DNA from: Microthyrium microscopicum
Taxonomy: Eukaryota
DNA length: 64,000 bases
NCBI GenBank assembly: GCA_010405405.1
Contig: MU004235.1
Coordinates: forward strand, 820,538 to 884,537
Direction of reading: 5' to 3'
Shown here: positions 26,156 through 38,407 of the stretch, one piece after another
Layout of the letters: each line of letters opens with the position of its first letter
Position numbering within the stretch: position 1 is the stretch's first letter
Notes under the pieces: model-generated
Databases searched by the model: none
Told to the model about the DNA's origin: nothing
The model's input: only the letters and a program-made list of their open reading frames with translations
Made by a program: the position numbers and the translations under genes

Positions 26156-27685
26156 GTTCAGGTAATATATCGCCGCAGAAGTCCCCAAGTTAGTGAAGAA
26201 TTGAAAGAGTTGAGGTACAGACAGTAAACTGCGAAGGCGCCTGGTACTAATTCAACATTTCCCTGGAGTGGTAACACAATAAGACGTAAGATTTATATCA
26301 TTTAGAATCCCACGGTATCATGGACTCTACGGTGCAACGAATTGACCTGCCATTGATTGGGGCGATTCGTCGCGTCCGTCACTTATTGTGCATACTCTGG
26401 AGGCATACTACCTTATAATTTGGTTGGTGAGGGCAAGGTCTTTGCGAGACCGACGAGCTGCGAGTGCCAAAAAAGCGTGCTACTACTATAAAATTCAATA
26501 TCTTTCAAGAACGGTCGTTTCCGTGTGCGCGGTCTCAGTCCCAGGTACGGTACGCCATCCATGCGTGATTCGCCAGATGCTGATAAAAGTTCAGAAATAT
26601 TGCAGCCTAGGATCCGTAGCATTCTAGAATCATGGGAAGCTCTGATTTCGATGTTAGATTCCATGGATGATCTAGGGCTATTGATGTTGGTTAGTACTTA
26701 CCTCCAGAAAACTTGAATACACGTACAATATATATCAAAGACTTTGGTTTTTCAAAATCGAAAACGTCTATAGCAGAGTTCTCAAGCATATCGACAGACA
26801 AGATTATACAGCAGAGACAGTACAATAGTTAATAATGGAGTGTTATGATCACAGATGAATCTAGTATCTACCTAGGTACTCTAGCTACCTAAGATAGAGA
26901 TGTATCGTCGCTAACCAGTTTCGCTATTATCATAAGATAGCTCCATATCGTTTCCCCAGATCATTTCGTCGCCCATGCACTGACAAGTTCATATGGGAGT
27001 GTGGGATCACCAATATCCAGCAATCAATGTTCCCCAGATTTTCTTAAGTGCATGAGGTTCTAGAAACCTCAGAGCAATCAGGGTCTAAAACGAAACCGAG
27101 AAGGCAGAGAATGCAATAATTGGAGAACTGCATCGTCCGATGATCAAGTTCTACGGGGGAAAGGTATGTAGCCAGGCAGATTAAGTAACATATTCTATAT
27201 AGATGGAAAGATTCATTCTATGAAGTTCAACGACCAGGTTAGATAAGTTTTCAAGCTATATTCAAGCTATAAGTTACCATCTACTTTAATATAAGATCTG
27301 GCCATGCCCTTGTAGCACAAGGGTGGCTCACCTTAGTGCGTTTGAATTTATCCAACACATCGTACTTCTATTCGAGCTTGTAGTACAGATTGTTATTTGG
27401 CCAATAGAAGAACAAACGAATAATTGCGAGATTATCTGGAGACATTGAGTTGGTTCGCCGCGAGTCTGCGTACCACTGGCTTGAGCCTCCGTGGACCAGA
27501 GCTATACTTTCAAGGCCTTCTTGGGAAAAGTAGAATGTTCATGCTGGGAAGAAAATAAGATACATCCTAGAGCTTTAGCCTTTAAACAAGGAGCGAAATC
27601 CTTACGCAGGCTAGCATCTATTCCCCAGACACAAAACTTCTTTTCTCTTTGATAGCTTAGTGTGATTGAATTCTTGGCCGCCAAA

Positions 27686-29007
27686 ATGAAGTCAAGCATT
27701 GCTACGCTATTGTTGGGTGCCTCTGCTGTGATGGGAGGCACCATAGTTCGCCGACAACAAGCTCCGGCTGCTGCGATATCAAAGCCATATAGAATTGAAG
27801 ATGTCAAGCCTAGGATTAGGAGCACTGCTCAGAGGAAATACATCATGTATGGTCCTATCAATCTTCCAGCGTCAAAAGTGAGTACTCTCTTGATATCACA
27901 TCACATTGAGGTGAATTGTATCACTAACAAGATAGGGAATGGCTTCTTCAGGAGGACACAGTCACGGCAAAGCTGGAGGCGCCATGGATCCAAATGGAAC
28001 ACCCTTCAACCAACCTACCACAGGCGGCTACTGTACAGACTGCACCGTTCTTGCAGCAGCAATGGATATTGTATTCGAGAACGGCACGCGAGCCGACATT
28101 GCCAGTGGCGTATACCTACATCACGTCATTGGTATAGTCACCGGTAACAGTACCGGAAAGCAAACCAAGGGCTGGGTCCAAGCATGCCCTTTGGGCGAGA
28201 AGCTCGCCCAAGGAGCATTGAGCAACCTGCCCGCTGGTGTGACAATACCGAAAGCTGGCTCTAGCAGCGCACAAGCGATCGGTGGATTTGCAGGTGGTGC
28301 TGTAGATGCATTTGTAGACTATTTCACGGATAAATATGGAAAGGCTGATGCTGGATACTTCATTCCGGGCAACAGCAATCTGTTCATGTCAGGCGAAGTC
28401 ATCAACTATCTACCAGAGGCGCAAAAGGTCTACATTCGCTTAGATTTGGAATATGTCAACGGAAAGCTCGGTGTAGACTCCATCAAGTCACCATTGAACG
28501 TTGAGGGATGTGACTTCAATCACAGTAAACTCCGCAACGCCACCGGCAAAGGAACAGTTGAAAGTGACGACATGCTCATCACTGAGGATGTTCAAGTCAT
28601 CTGCATGCGTAAGTGAAATTTTCTGAATACCAATTGCTGCGTAGCTCATGATTTCACAGGTGGTCATATGCACGACGGCGGAGATTTCGTCAGAGCCTTG
28701 GTTAATGGCAAGGAGGTATGCACTTCCAAAGCTACTTATGGTTCCGCCGGTGCCAGTCTTATGGTTGATGGCAAGAAATGGACAACCATCTCGCAAATGT
28801 CGGAATGTACCGATCCTTTCGACTTGAAGAAAGGGGACAAAATCAAGCTTATTGCAGGCTATGATAGCATCGACCATCCACTGTAAGTTCTGACGGCTTC
28901 TAGTTGAGGTAACATGGCTAACAGCTAGCAGTCGGATCTCAAATGGTGAGACTCAAGAGAACATGGCGTTCATGACAATCACAGTAATTCCCAAAAAGTC
29001 GACATAA
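27686..29007 (+). CDS. Secreted uncharacterised protein of the same family, paralog B (4 exons)
   Basis: Signal peptide MKSSIATLLLGASAVMG; YGPI, YCTDCTVL, GVYLHHVI, EVINY, GHMHDGG, CTSKATYG, GDKIKLIAGYD, ENMAFM; TAA at 29005-29007. Confidence 0.78.
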
Positions 29008-29738
29008 AAAGTTTAAAAAGACTGGGCTGAACATGCTCTGTAAGGAAATGGGAATATTAGAACCACTAGAAATCAAATAATCATGGTTCACTTACAAAAT
29101 ATAAGACTTATATTGAAGATAAGGTGGTGGTATTACAATACATGCCTAAGGCAATCTCTGCATCGGGCACTCTGATAAAGACGTGATTGTCTTGAAGTCG
29201 AATGATAGGGAGATAGCTACTAGTAGCTGTTGGATTGATACAAACTAGACGACCCCCAAATGATCTTCGTATGACTCTTGACAAGGACTGAGTTTTTCTG
29301 GATGTTTAGAAGAAAATATACGGCCAATGCGAATTTTCAGGCTTCAGCGAGAAGTCAATGTATGCCCAGATATGCTGCCATAATCAAGAACAGCTGAAGA
29401 CACTTCAGTCTTCAATACCCCCAGGCACCGGGAATAGACTGACTGGCTATGCGTTGGCCTGTGGAGCTAAGCTGGTTTGATACCTACGTATTAATCACAC
29501 TAAGGAACTTATGGCAAAGCAAATTTGCGATCGATTGGCGATTTGGAGGCAAGACACTGTAGCCAGCAAACCATCCACATGGTTCGTCTATTCCGGTGCC
29601 AATTAGCCAGGCTTCGAACGCGGACCACGAGAGAATGCAGCTTCAGACTTTCGGCCTTTTCTTCTGGAGATGCCGTGAGCGAGATTTATATCGCATACCT
29701 CCAAGATAACTAGGTATCTTTTATGCGAGAATGCACCC

Positions 29739-31493
29739 CTACCGCTTCCGTCTCTTTTTATCCCGCTCTTCCTCCGCCTCCACATCCGCATAAAGCGTCT
29801 TCGGCTGCGTCTGCGCCCACGCCTTCGTAAACAGCGGGTCCTCTTTCGCTTTATCCGCATACTTCAACAGCGCCTCTCTCGGATCTTCATCACGCATACT
29901 ACTCAGAGGCACCTGTTCCGCAATATGCCGCGCACTCGGCTCATTCTTTGCAAACGGTGTTGTGGCCGGCATATACGGTCTTCGTGGATCCCTACTCTTG
30001 CCACTCGCAGTGAGTCCAATTGTGGGATTCCGTGCCGTTGTTGACGATGATGATGGGGGTAAAATATGGCCGGGCGTGATGACGTCGCCACTGAAACCGG
30101 CGGACAGATCCATGGTGCGGTTTGGGTCGTCGTCTATGTGCCGCCGTTTCGGGGCTTTGGAGAGAACAAGTTTGGCGCCGCCGGTGGAGGTTAGGGGGTT
30201 GTAGAGGATATGGACGGCGCCAGAGGCTGAGCCGGTAAGGATTTGGTTGAGTTTGGGATGCCAGAGAACGCTGATGAGTGGGATGCCGGGTGTGATAGGG
30301 GTGGAGACCTCGGGCTTGAGGGTGGCGGGATTGAGTATTTGGAGGGAACCGTCGATGGAACCGGTGATGATGTTCGAAGAGTTGGGCGAGAAGGCGATGT
30401 TGGCAGTTGGATATTGGGACGAGAAAGATTCGTGGGTAGCGGTGGAGACTGGGGCTTTGAATTTGCGAACATCCCAGAGCTTGATAGTGTCGTCGCCGCC
30501 GCGTGAGACGATGAGGCGGCCCTCGTTATTGATTGCGATGCCGCTGGTCCAAGTATCTGCCGTGTGGGCATTGCGAACTTCACCTACTGGTCGATGATAG
30601 GGGCCATCACCACCATAGATGACAAGACTGCCATCTAATGCTGCTGATACAAGCATGTTTTGTCCGCCTTGCGCTTGTGAGCCCCAAGCGACGGCAGTCA
30701 TTCTTGTTCGTCCGGCCATTCCAGCAGCTTTCGACTTGAACACAATAACATCTTTCTGAGACCGCTTATTGTTAACATCCCATATCCGCAACGTACTATC
30801 CGTTCCAGCAGTAACACATAGATCCTTGTTTGTTGGGTTCCAAGCTCCAGATGTGATCTCCGATATGTGACCTTTTGTATGGTTTAAATCCCGAAGATAC
30901 ATATCTCCCTTCACAAACTCAACAAGCTCCTCGCCATCTCTATCAAACAGCTTTGCTTGAGGAAAAGCAGTCACTACGAGCATCTGCTTTGGGGCTAAGG
31001 GGTTGAATATAACTTGGTGTACAGGATGCGCTTCGGTCGCAGCCGAGTTTTTAGTCGCGGTAGGATCAACGGTACGAAATGCGCGTAGGGTCGTTGAAGT
31101 CATAGATGCAAAATCGTGGAGCTTGTAAGTGCAGTCTGTAGAACTAGATGCAAGCCTGCCTCCTGAAGCATCTAGCGATAGTGAAGTTATGGGTTTCTCG
31201 TGGGTTTTAAGGACAAGTTCGTGAGATATCGGAAATTCGTCGTCTTCGTCGCTATCATCGTCATCATCGTCGTCTTCGTCTTCGTCGTCGTTTGGGCCTT
31301 CTCCATCGCTGCCATCGCCGACGCTTATTTTCTTCTCTGGGCCCTTTATGCGGGGTTTGGTCGAGTCTGTTTTGCGCCTGCTTTGCTCAATTTGAGCTTC
31401 GATGTTGGCGGCAAGATCTTGTTTTCCGAATGAGCCGGTGCCCATCATTCGGCGAATAGCCTCGTCCTCCGCGAATGTGTCTTCTGGATCCAT
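29739..31493 (-). CDS. WDR70: WD40-repeat protein, WDR70/GAD1 family
   Basis: Intronless 584-aa ORF; FVKGDMYLRDLNHTKGHISE, SRGGDDTIKLWD, MRDEDPREALLKYA. Confidence 0.9.
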   Translation of the reverse strand: MDPEDTFAEDEAIRRMMGTGSFGKQDLAANIEAQIEQSRRKTDSTKPRIKGPEKKISVGDGSDGEGPNDDEDEDDDDDDDSDEDDEFPISHELVLKTHEKPITSLSLDASGGRLASSSTDCTYKLHDFASMTSTTLRAFRTVDPTATKNSAATEAHPVHQVIFNPLAPKQMLVVTAFPQAKLFDRDGEELVEFVKGDMYLRDLNHTKGHISEITSGAWNPTNKDLCVTAGTDSTLRIWDVNNKRSQKDVIVFKSKAAGMAGRTRMTAVAWGSQAQGGQNMLVSAALDGSLVIYGGDGPYHRPVGEVRNAHTADTWTSGIAINNEGRLIVSRGGDDTIKLWDVRKFKAPVSTATHESFSSQYPTANIAFSPNSSNIITGSIDGSLQILNPATLKPEVSTPITPGIPLISVLWHPKLNQILTGSASGAVHILYNPLTSTGGAKLVLSKAPKRRHIDDDPNRTMDLSAGFSGDVITPGHILPPSSSSTTARNPTIGLTASGKSRDPRRPYMPATTPFAKNEPSARHIAEQVPLSSMRDEDPREALLKYADKAKEDPLFTKAWAQTQPKTLYADVEAEEERDKKRRKR

Positions 31494-31788
31494 GATCGGT
31501 GATTCTGGTTCGGTGTGTGTTCACGTGGGGAGAGAGGTGGAGCAGAGAAGTTGGTGAGTCGAGGTCGAAGTTCAACAATTCACTGCATGGGCCGCATCTC
31601 AACTTCGCGCTAGCTCACAAGCTCAACAATGAAATGCCTACTCAGCCTTGGAGATTTTAGCTAATAAGCTTTTTAAAAATCAGGCACAGACTAAAATATC
31701 GAGTACAAGTCAATTATCCTTTTATGCTGCCGAGATATAAACACAATCAACCCCACAGTGCCAAGTCCCAAGAAGTAATGTTACAAAG

Positions 31789-34731
31789 CTAAATGTCGAC
31801 ATCATCAGCCTCATCAAGCTGATCCTGATCGGCACCACCATTCGCCGCTCCATTTCCGTTCGAAGCAGCAAGTTTCTGTCTCTCTTCCTCCTCCTCGGCC
31901 TCCTTCTTAACACGCTCCTCCTCTTCCACCTTACGGCGCTCCTCAGCAGCAGCTCGCCGCTTCGCACGCTCCTCGTCTGCCTTCTTACGTCGTACCGCCT
32001 CACGCTCCATCTCGAGCTTAGCATTTGCCAACGTGATCTGTAGCGCTCCATCGCTAGCCACTGTCTCCTCGACAGCTGCCTTGCGACTGAATACCATAGA
32101 CCAGCGATACGCCCATGCCTTGACAAACTCGACATCTTCAGAACTGCTGGCTCCCGCATCCTCCATAAGGGTATTACCCGACGAATCAGTATACGGCGCC
32201 AGCAGATCCTGGATAAGGCCGAAGAGCGCACGCATGCTCTCGCGCTCCTTGGCAATCGTATCGTCCAACATGGCCACCTGCTCCGCAGGCGCATCCATGC
32301 GCAGAGCCTGGACGCGGGCAGCAACAATCTGGCGCATGCGGTTAGTGATCTTGCCCATAGTAGCAGCAACCATTTCAAAGCGCCAGGTATCAGCAAGCGG
32401 AGCGCCAGAGCCGAGTGAAGCCTGGCCAAGACACCATTGCACGACGGACTCTGGTGTGACGATAGTAAAGTTGAGCAATTTGTCGACGATATTGACGGCC
32501 GTGCCTGGCAAGTCCTTCCAGTAGTCTACGACACTTTGGATAATCTGACGCCGGGCGGCTTCAGATTGTGCGCCGATAACGAGGAGGCGCTCCTTGCAAC
32601 GGTCAATGCAGGATAGCACGTGTGAGAGTGACTTGGAGCCAATATAGCACACGGCAGTCATGTATGCGTCTGTGGAAGGGATCAGAGGCTCATTTACGCC
32701 CTGTTCGGTGGCCTGCTTCTGAATAATGTCTATTATGACCTGTATTTCAGTTTCAGGAACCTTCTTGCGTAGCATAGAGTGGATCTGTCGTCCCTCTACA
32801 GAATACGGAGTGCCTATTAGAGTTAGCTTGAAAGCGTCTGGATATTGCTAATGACACATACTCTCGTTGCTATATTTGAAGTCCGGAGTGTCCTTGAGTT
32901 TGCCTTCAGCGATCAACTTGTGATAGTCTGGTGGTAGTGTTTCTCTAATCCGTTTTGTGAAACTTAATCGAATCTCCTTGTCAATGGCTCCAAGAATGAA
33001 TGCATGCTTGGGATTGACAGGTGATGCATCGACATCTTCAGTCCTACAATGTGTTAGAGAGGTGAAGCAAACAAAAGTGGGCTCGCTTACCATTCGGTCC
33101 ACTTCCAACGGAAATCAAAGTTGCTCAAATGATGGGTAAACCAATCCAGGAATCGATAGGCCGGCTCAAGGTCCATATAGTCAACATGACGATACAAGAA
33201 TCTGATTGCACGGCCTAGAGTTGGTGCAATTGCGCCAGGAGCAAGCTTGCAAGCTTCCGTAATGACAGCATGGTAGTACACTAATTTGTGTTCAGCGCTA
33301 GGAAGTCGCAACATTTGTGAAAACATAGCATCTATTGCCATATCTTCTGTTTTCCATGTTGTTTCTCCTTCGGGGACGTCTTTGAGCTTGTCAAAGCCAG
33401 TAGAACGTGGGACAAAAGTGCCTGGTGCAAAGAAGCAATCCAATTCGATGAGGAACTTTGCGACGGCATGTCGATTGAAGTCCAGAATATTGATCGTGTC
33501 CACAGTAGCGTCGCGAATAAGCGAGGCTGCAATGTCACTAGAGCGCGGGACGGATTCGATCTCTTGGTCTCCATAGATTGTAAAGTAAGCTTCCGGGTAT
33601 AGAGGGCGTGTGCCTGTGTGGACTGGAGATGGAATCGTGATAACCGGAAATTCATGCTTGGTAACCGTTATTTCCAAGCCAGCCATTGCATCGGTATCAC
33701 CTTCATCTTTGACAGAGGTAGTGGGCACATATACTCGAGGAATGCAAGCTAGCTTCCAACCAGTTTCGGCTTCAGTAACCAGCTGTTGTTGTAGAAGATT
33801 CAATGCACTCTGAAACCCGAATGGGCGACCATCACCCTCGATAGGATACGATTCTGATAGGTGCTCCAGTGGGTGCTGAACGGACGCAATAATGTCGGTC
33901 TTTTCCAGCAATTCGCGAGCTTTGGCATCCAAATTGGTCGCCGAGGACGCCATGGCATACGGAAGCGTGAGCAGGATGATCTTAATCAACTCCAAGCCAA
34001 CAACCTATATATCTCATTAGTTGCAATGTCAGCATTACTGATTCGTAGATCTCACATCTTCAGGAGAGGCGGTTTGTTGATCTGCTGCGCGATCAAAAAG
34101 CTCATCAAAGAGTGGGAATACACCATCGCCTTCAAAGACTCCTTGCAAGCAAGCATAGAAGCGCATCAAGAGCTTAAACTCTCGCCAGTTGCCCTCATGC
34201 ACTGCGTCTTGGATACGTTCTTGGGATCGAGTAATGATTTCCGCTGTAACAGCGCCGTTGACATCGTTCGCGTAAAGAATGACTGCGGATACGTGAGGGA
34301 TCTTGAGAGGTTGTTCGCAGATACTCAATCGTACATTAGCGCTTGAGTCATCAATTAAGGGTGAAGAATACGTACAGCTCAAGGACTGTGTCGAGCAGAG
34401 GACCATTAACTTGATCATCAGCAAAATTGTCGGCGATTTGTTTTCCCAGTCGCTTTGCAGAATCAATAACAGTGGCCGGCTGTTCGCTGATCGCTAGAAT
34501 CGAGCGCCGAAGCTGTGAAGCAATAGGCTCCTCATAGCGATGATTTTTCCGCTGCGGTCGTTCCTCATCATCGTCCTCTCGAGAACGGCGCTTTCGATTG
34601 TTGCCGCCGCCTCGTCCGCCTCCACCACCACCTCCTCCATGGTTATTGTAGTTTCGACGTCCGCCATTGTCCCGACGGTTTCCATAGTCGCGTCGATGAT
34701 CAGGTCGGTGATCAGGAAGCGCTGAATCCAT
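31789..34731 (-). CDS. STO1: Nuclear cap-binding complex large subunit (CBP80/STO1, MIF4G-like), about 6 exons; the frame stays open upstream to 35304
   Basis: RKRRSREDD NLS-like stretch, EQPLKIPHVSA, WREFKLLMRF, FLDWFTHHLSNFDFRWKWTEW, IDKEIRLSF, IGSKSLSHVLSCIDR. Confidence 0.9.
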
Positions 34732-36871
34732 TGCAAGGCCACCTAACAGGTCGTTCAGGTCGTCGTTGATTTCGCGAGTAGGTCCAGGTCCTCTATAGCT
34801 ATCTGTGCAGCGTGTGCTGTACCGCGGACCAGTCGGGGCACGGAAACCTTCTCTTCTTGGCTGCGAACGGTAAAACTCGCGATGGGGAGATGGTCGTCGT
34901 GCAAAGATGCGAGGTGTCTCTTTTCGGATGGAAGGGGAGAAAGGACGGGATATATGGATGATGCGCTGTTTGAGGGAGAGAGGGGTGAGAGTTCGACGTG
35001 GGCCTGATGGAATTCGCGGTCCTGTTGGGATATCTTCGATTTCTCCTTCTTCGAGGGAGCAGGACTTCGCGGTTGGATCTTTTGAGTCTGCTCTTCGCGT
35101 TCCAGCGGGTATCATGCTAGTCTTGTTTTGGCATAGTGCGTCTCCATGCAGAAGCTGCACCAGTGATTGGCCAGTATCTATAGCGTTTGATTGGCTGAGA
35201 CCACCTTTTTCAGCCTTGCAAATGCCATTTTTGGGATCTGATATGTTTAGAAATTCCAGTTCATCGAAAATCAAGGTATCCAGGTCTATATCCATGGCAG
35301 TCATCTTTTCGAGCTACTTTGTATTAAGACAGAGACGTAAAGAGCTTGGTGGACGATTGCTTGAGGGTTGTACTTAACGATCGAACGGCGAGTACTGGAT
35401 CAACTAGAAGGATGTGAGAGAAGGCAGAATAGAATGAATTTCCCAATGGAAGATATCTTTGCTCGACTCGCAGTGAAGCAAGACGAAAACTCAGAGCTCA
35501 TGGTTGACTCCGCCATCTGGAAACTCAGAACTAGTCAGAAATTCACTTATACTTAAGCATTCATATTGCGTCTTTAGGCAAGTGAGAAGGGCCTGGTTAA
35601 TGAATAGCACTCTCCCGTCCAGCACAATGTCTTGCATTGAATCGCCTTCATTACCAAATAATTTCCTTGCTATCAAATGTGTTGAGGATGACATCAGGTT
35701 GTCGTAATGGAAAGCTACCATGGGAGGCAATCGTGGTTGGTAGGAAGAAGCACTCACTGTCTATCTGGAACACATAATTTGAAGCTACATGAACTTACTG
35801 TTGCAAAGTAAAAGATGCTTGATTTTCTCACATATGCTCCAAGCATTGGAGCAGAATGTCTTCTTGCAGTGCGATGGTAGATATCATAGTAAACGATCAC
35901 ACTAACTCCAAACCCACTTGGTGTAATATTTTCATGGCTGTGTTCAGCCATAGCAGGATCACACGGCCAACTTACACACAGCGCAATTTTAGAAACGCAT
36001 CAACACCTATATCGTCTATAAATCATAAATGGAATTGAAAAAGAAAGCCTGTAAGAAAAGAACAGCATCATCAAGACAGTCAGTCATCACCTGAAACCCC
36101 AAAAGCTCCTATCACTCCTGTTAACATGCAATCTGAACGCTCATCTAGCTCCTTCTCCCGCCCAGCAGTAGTAAACCTGTGCAACAAAACCCCCAGTGAC
36201 TATATCACAGAAAGTGAAATACACATAGCACCGCCCCCACCATTTCACAGGCCAGATGCAATTGAGGGAAATCTAGAACTCATACCAGAAGGAAACCAAG
36301 CGCTTGACAAACAGCCGAGTCATGATATTCCAGTGGTAATCACGCTTTTGCTCCCACTCGGCCCAGTCTTTGCTTGCACACACAAACGGTGTTGGGAGAA
36401 CACACACCGCCAATTTTGTTTGACAAATGGAAAAAGTGGAGAGTTTTTGTATGCCAAGTGGACTTGGCTTTCTGGAATTTTTGATTGATGATGATATCAT
36501 GGGCTGACTTGCATTCTGCTTTCGCTGAAGCATTTCTGGGTTTCCAGAGCGCCCAAGCACAGAACAAGAAACAATATGCTGACAATACACCCTTTGAGTG
36601 AGGGAGGTACGCTCTGACGCACTGGGGGGATTCTCTCGTAATCATGAATGGCAAATCTCGAACAAACAGTCGGAGGGTTCGGACAGCTTGCGCTGTACTG
36701 TATGCAGATAGGCGCAACAAAAGGCCTGATTTTGCTCGCTAGCTTTTCCTCCCGTTGCTCGATTGCAACTCGAATCATGGCCAGAGCAGTAATGGGAATG
36801 TGTTCATCATCATCATTCCAATGCTACCAATACAGAAAACATCTATTAGGTTGGACGTCAATGTGGATAGA

Positions 36872-38407
36872 CTAATCCAGTCGAGCCATCATTTCGTCTT
36901 TCGTCAGTGGAGTGAAAGACGGAGAATCGACGTCTAGGCCTCGGGCTCTAAGTGCGGCTCGTGCATGTTGTGGAACAAGTTGCTGGTTCAACTCGGGGCG
37001 AACCGATAGTTCTACCAGAGAAATTAGTATTACGAAGAACAATTGTACAATCAGGAGCATACCGTGTCGTGTAAAGTCGAATAGCACTGGAAGCTCTCGC
37101 GCCGGCGCGTTGGGGTGACGGGAATCGGGCAACTTGGTTGCAGGGTCTCGAATTTCGTCAAAGAATGGATGGACCATGGCTTCAATGGCAGACAACCGCT
37201 GGGTTGGTGTGTACTCCAAGAGTCGAGAAATGAGATCAATTGCAGCAGGATCAGCTTTGCGGAACACCTTTAAGCGTTTAGTGCTGGCAATTGCATCCTT
37301 CAGGTTACCCACCTTATTGAATGGATGCGGCTTGATCTGAGGAAACTTGTGTTCCATGTAGTTTGGATTCATGGTGCGAATTTGATCTCTAGTTGGTGTA
37401 CCCAGAACTTTGATAATTTCAACAAGCTGGTCGATGCCTGATTCGCCAGGAAACAGAGGTGAGCCAAGCATGAGTTCTGCCATGACACATCCGGTCGACC
37501 AAACATCTAGACAAATGTCAATATTCTACGCTTGTTACCTTGGAGATGATGGGTGCAACATACCAATCTTTGTCGTGTAGTTTGTCGCGCCGAAAATTAG
37601 TTCTGGTGCTCGGTAGTACCGCGAGCAGATGTAGGACACATTAGGTTCGTTCTCGACCAAGATCTTGGCGCTGCCAAAATCGCAAAGCTTGAGTATTCCA
37701 GTAGCAGGATCAAGCAACAGGTTCTGGGGTTTGATATCGCGATGACAGATGCCTTGCGAATGAATGTATGCCAGTGAGCGGAACAGCTGGTAAATATAAA
37801 GCTTGACCTCTAGAATAGGCATGACAGTTTTCATCTTGTTGAAATATCGAGATGCGCGGTAGACGGTCTCAGGGACATATTCGAGAATCAAGTTGAGGTA
37901 AACCTCGTCGCGCTATGATAGTTAGCTAATTGCCAATTGGGCATATAATCAACCTCAATCGCCTACCCGATCACCGTTGCTGTAGTAGAACGCCTTCAAC
38001 TCTACAATATTTGGGTGTCGTACGATTCTCATGATTTGCAGCTCACGATTCTGGATATAAATGTCAGCAATCACGATCAAAAGACAAAATAAAAAATATC
38101 GGCCACGGTTGGTTATGACCGCATACCTTGAATCTCTTGTCTTGCAAGACCCGCTTAATTGCAGCGTCTTCGCCGCTTGGCGAGAGTTTTGTCTGAAAGA
38201 CCACACCAAAGCTACCATTTCCGACAATCTTGCACTGAGTGTATGCCAAATCTCGCGTCTCGCCGGTAACTCCATCTTGGACTCGTTCTCGAATGACTTC
38301 TGTTGAGGGGAGGTCAGGTTAGCGCGGGGGGGCATGAAACGGATGAAGACAAGCAACTTACCGCCCATCCGCAGACTGTTGAAGGCGGTCGGCCGAGTTT
38401 GTGCCAT
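36872..38407 (-). CDS. gsk3: Glycogen synthase kinase-3 (RIM11/Gsk3 family), about 7 exons
   Basis: [87 protein letters not shown]. Confidence 0.96.

Noticed and set aside
31722..32524. Long alternative-frame and antisense ORFs over CBP80, WDR70, SLP1 and ELF1
   Set aside because: Shadow ORFs of GC-rich coding sequence with no recognisable domains.
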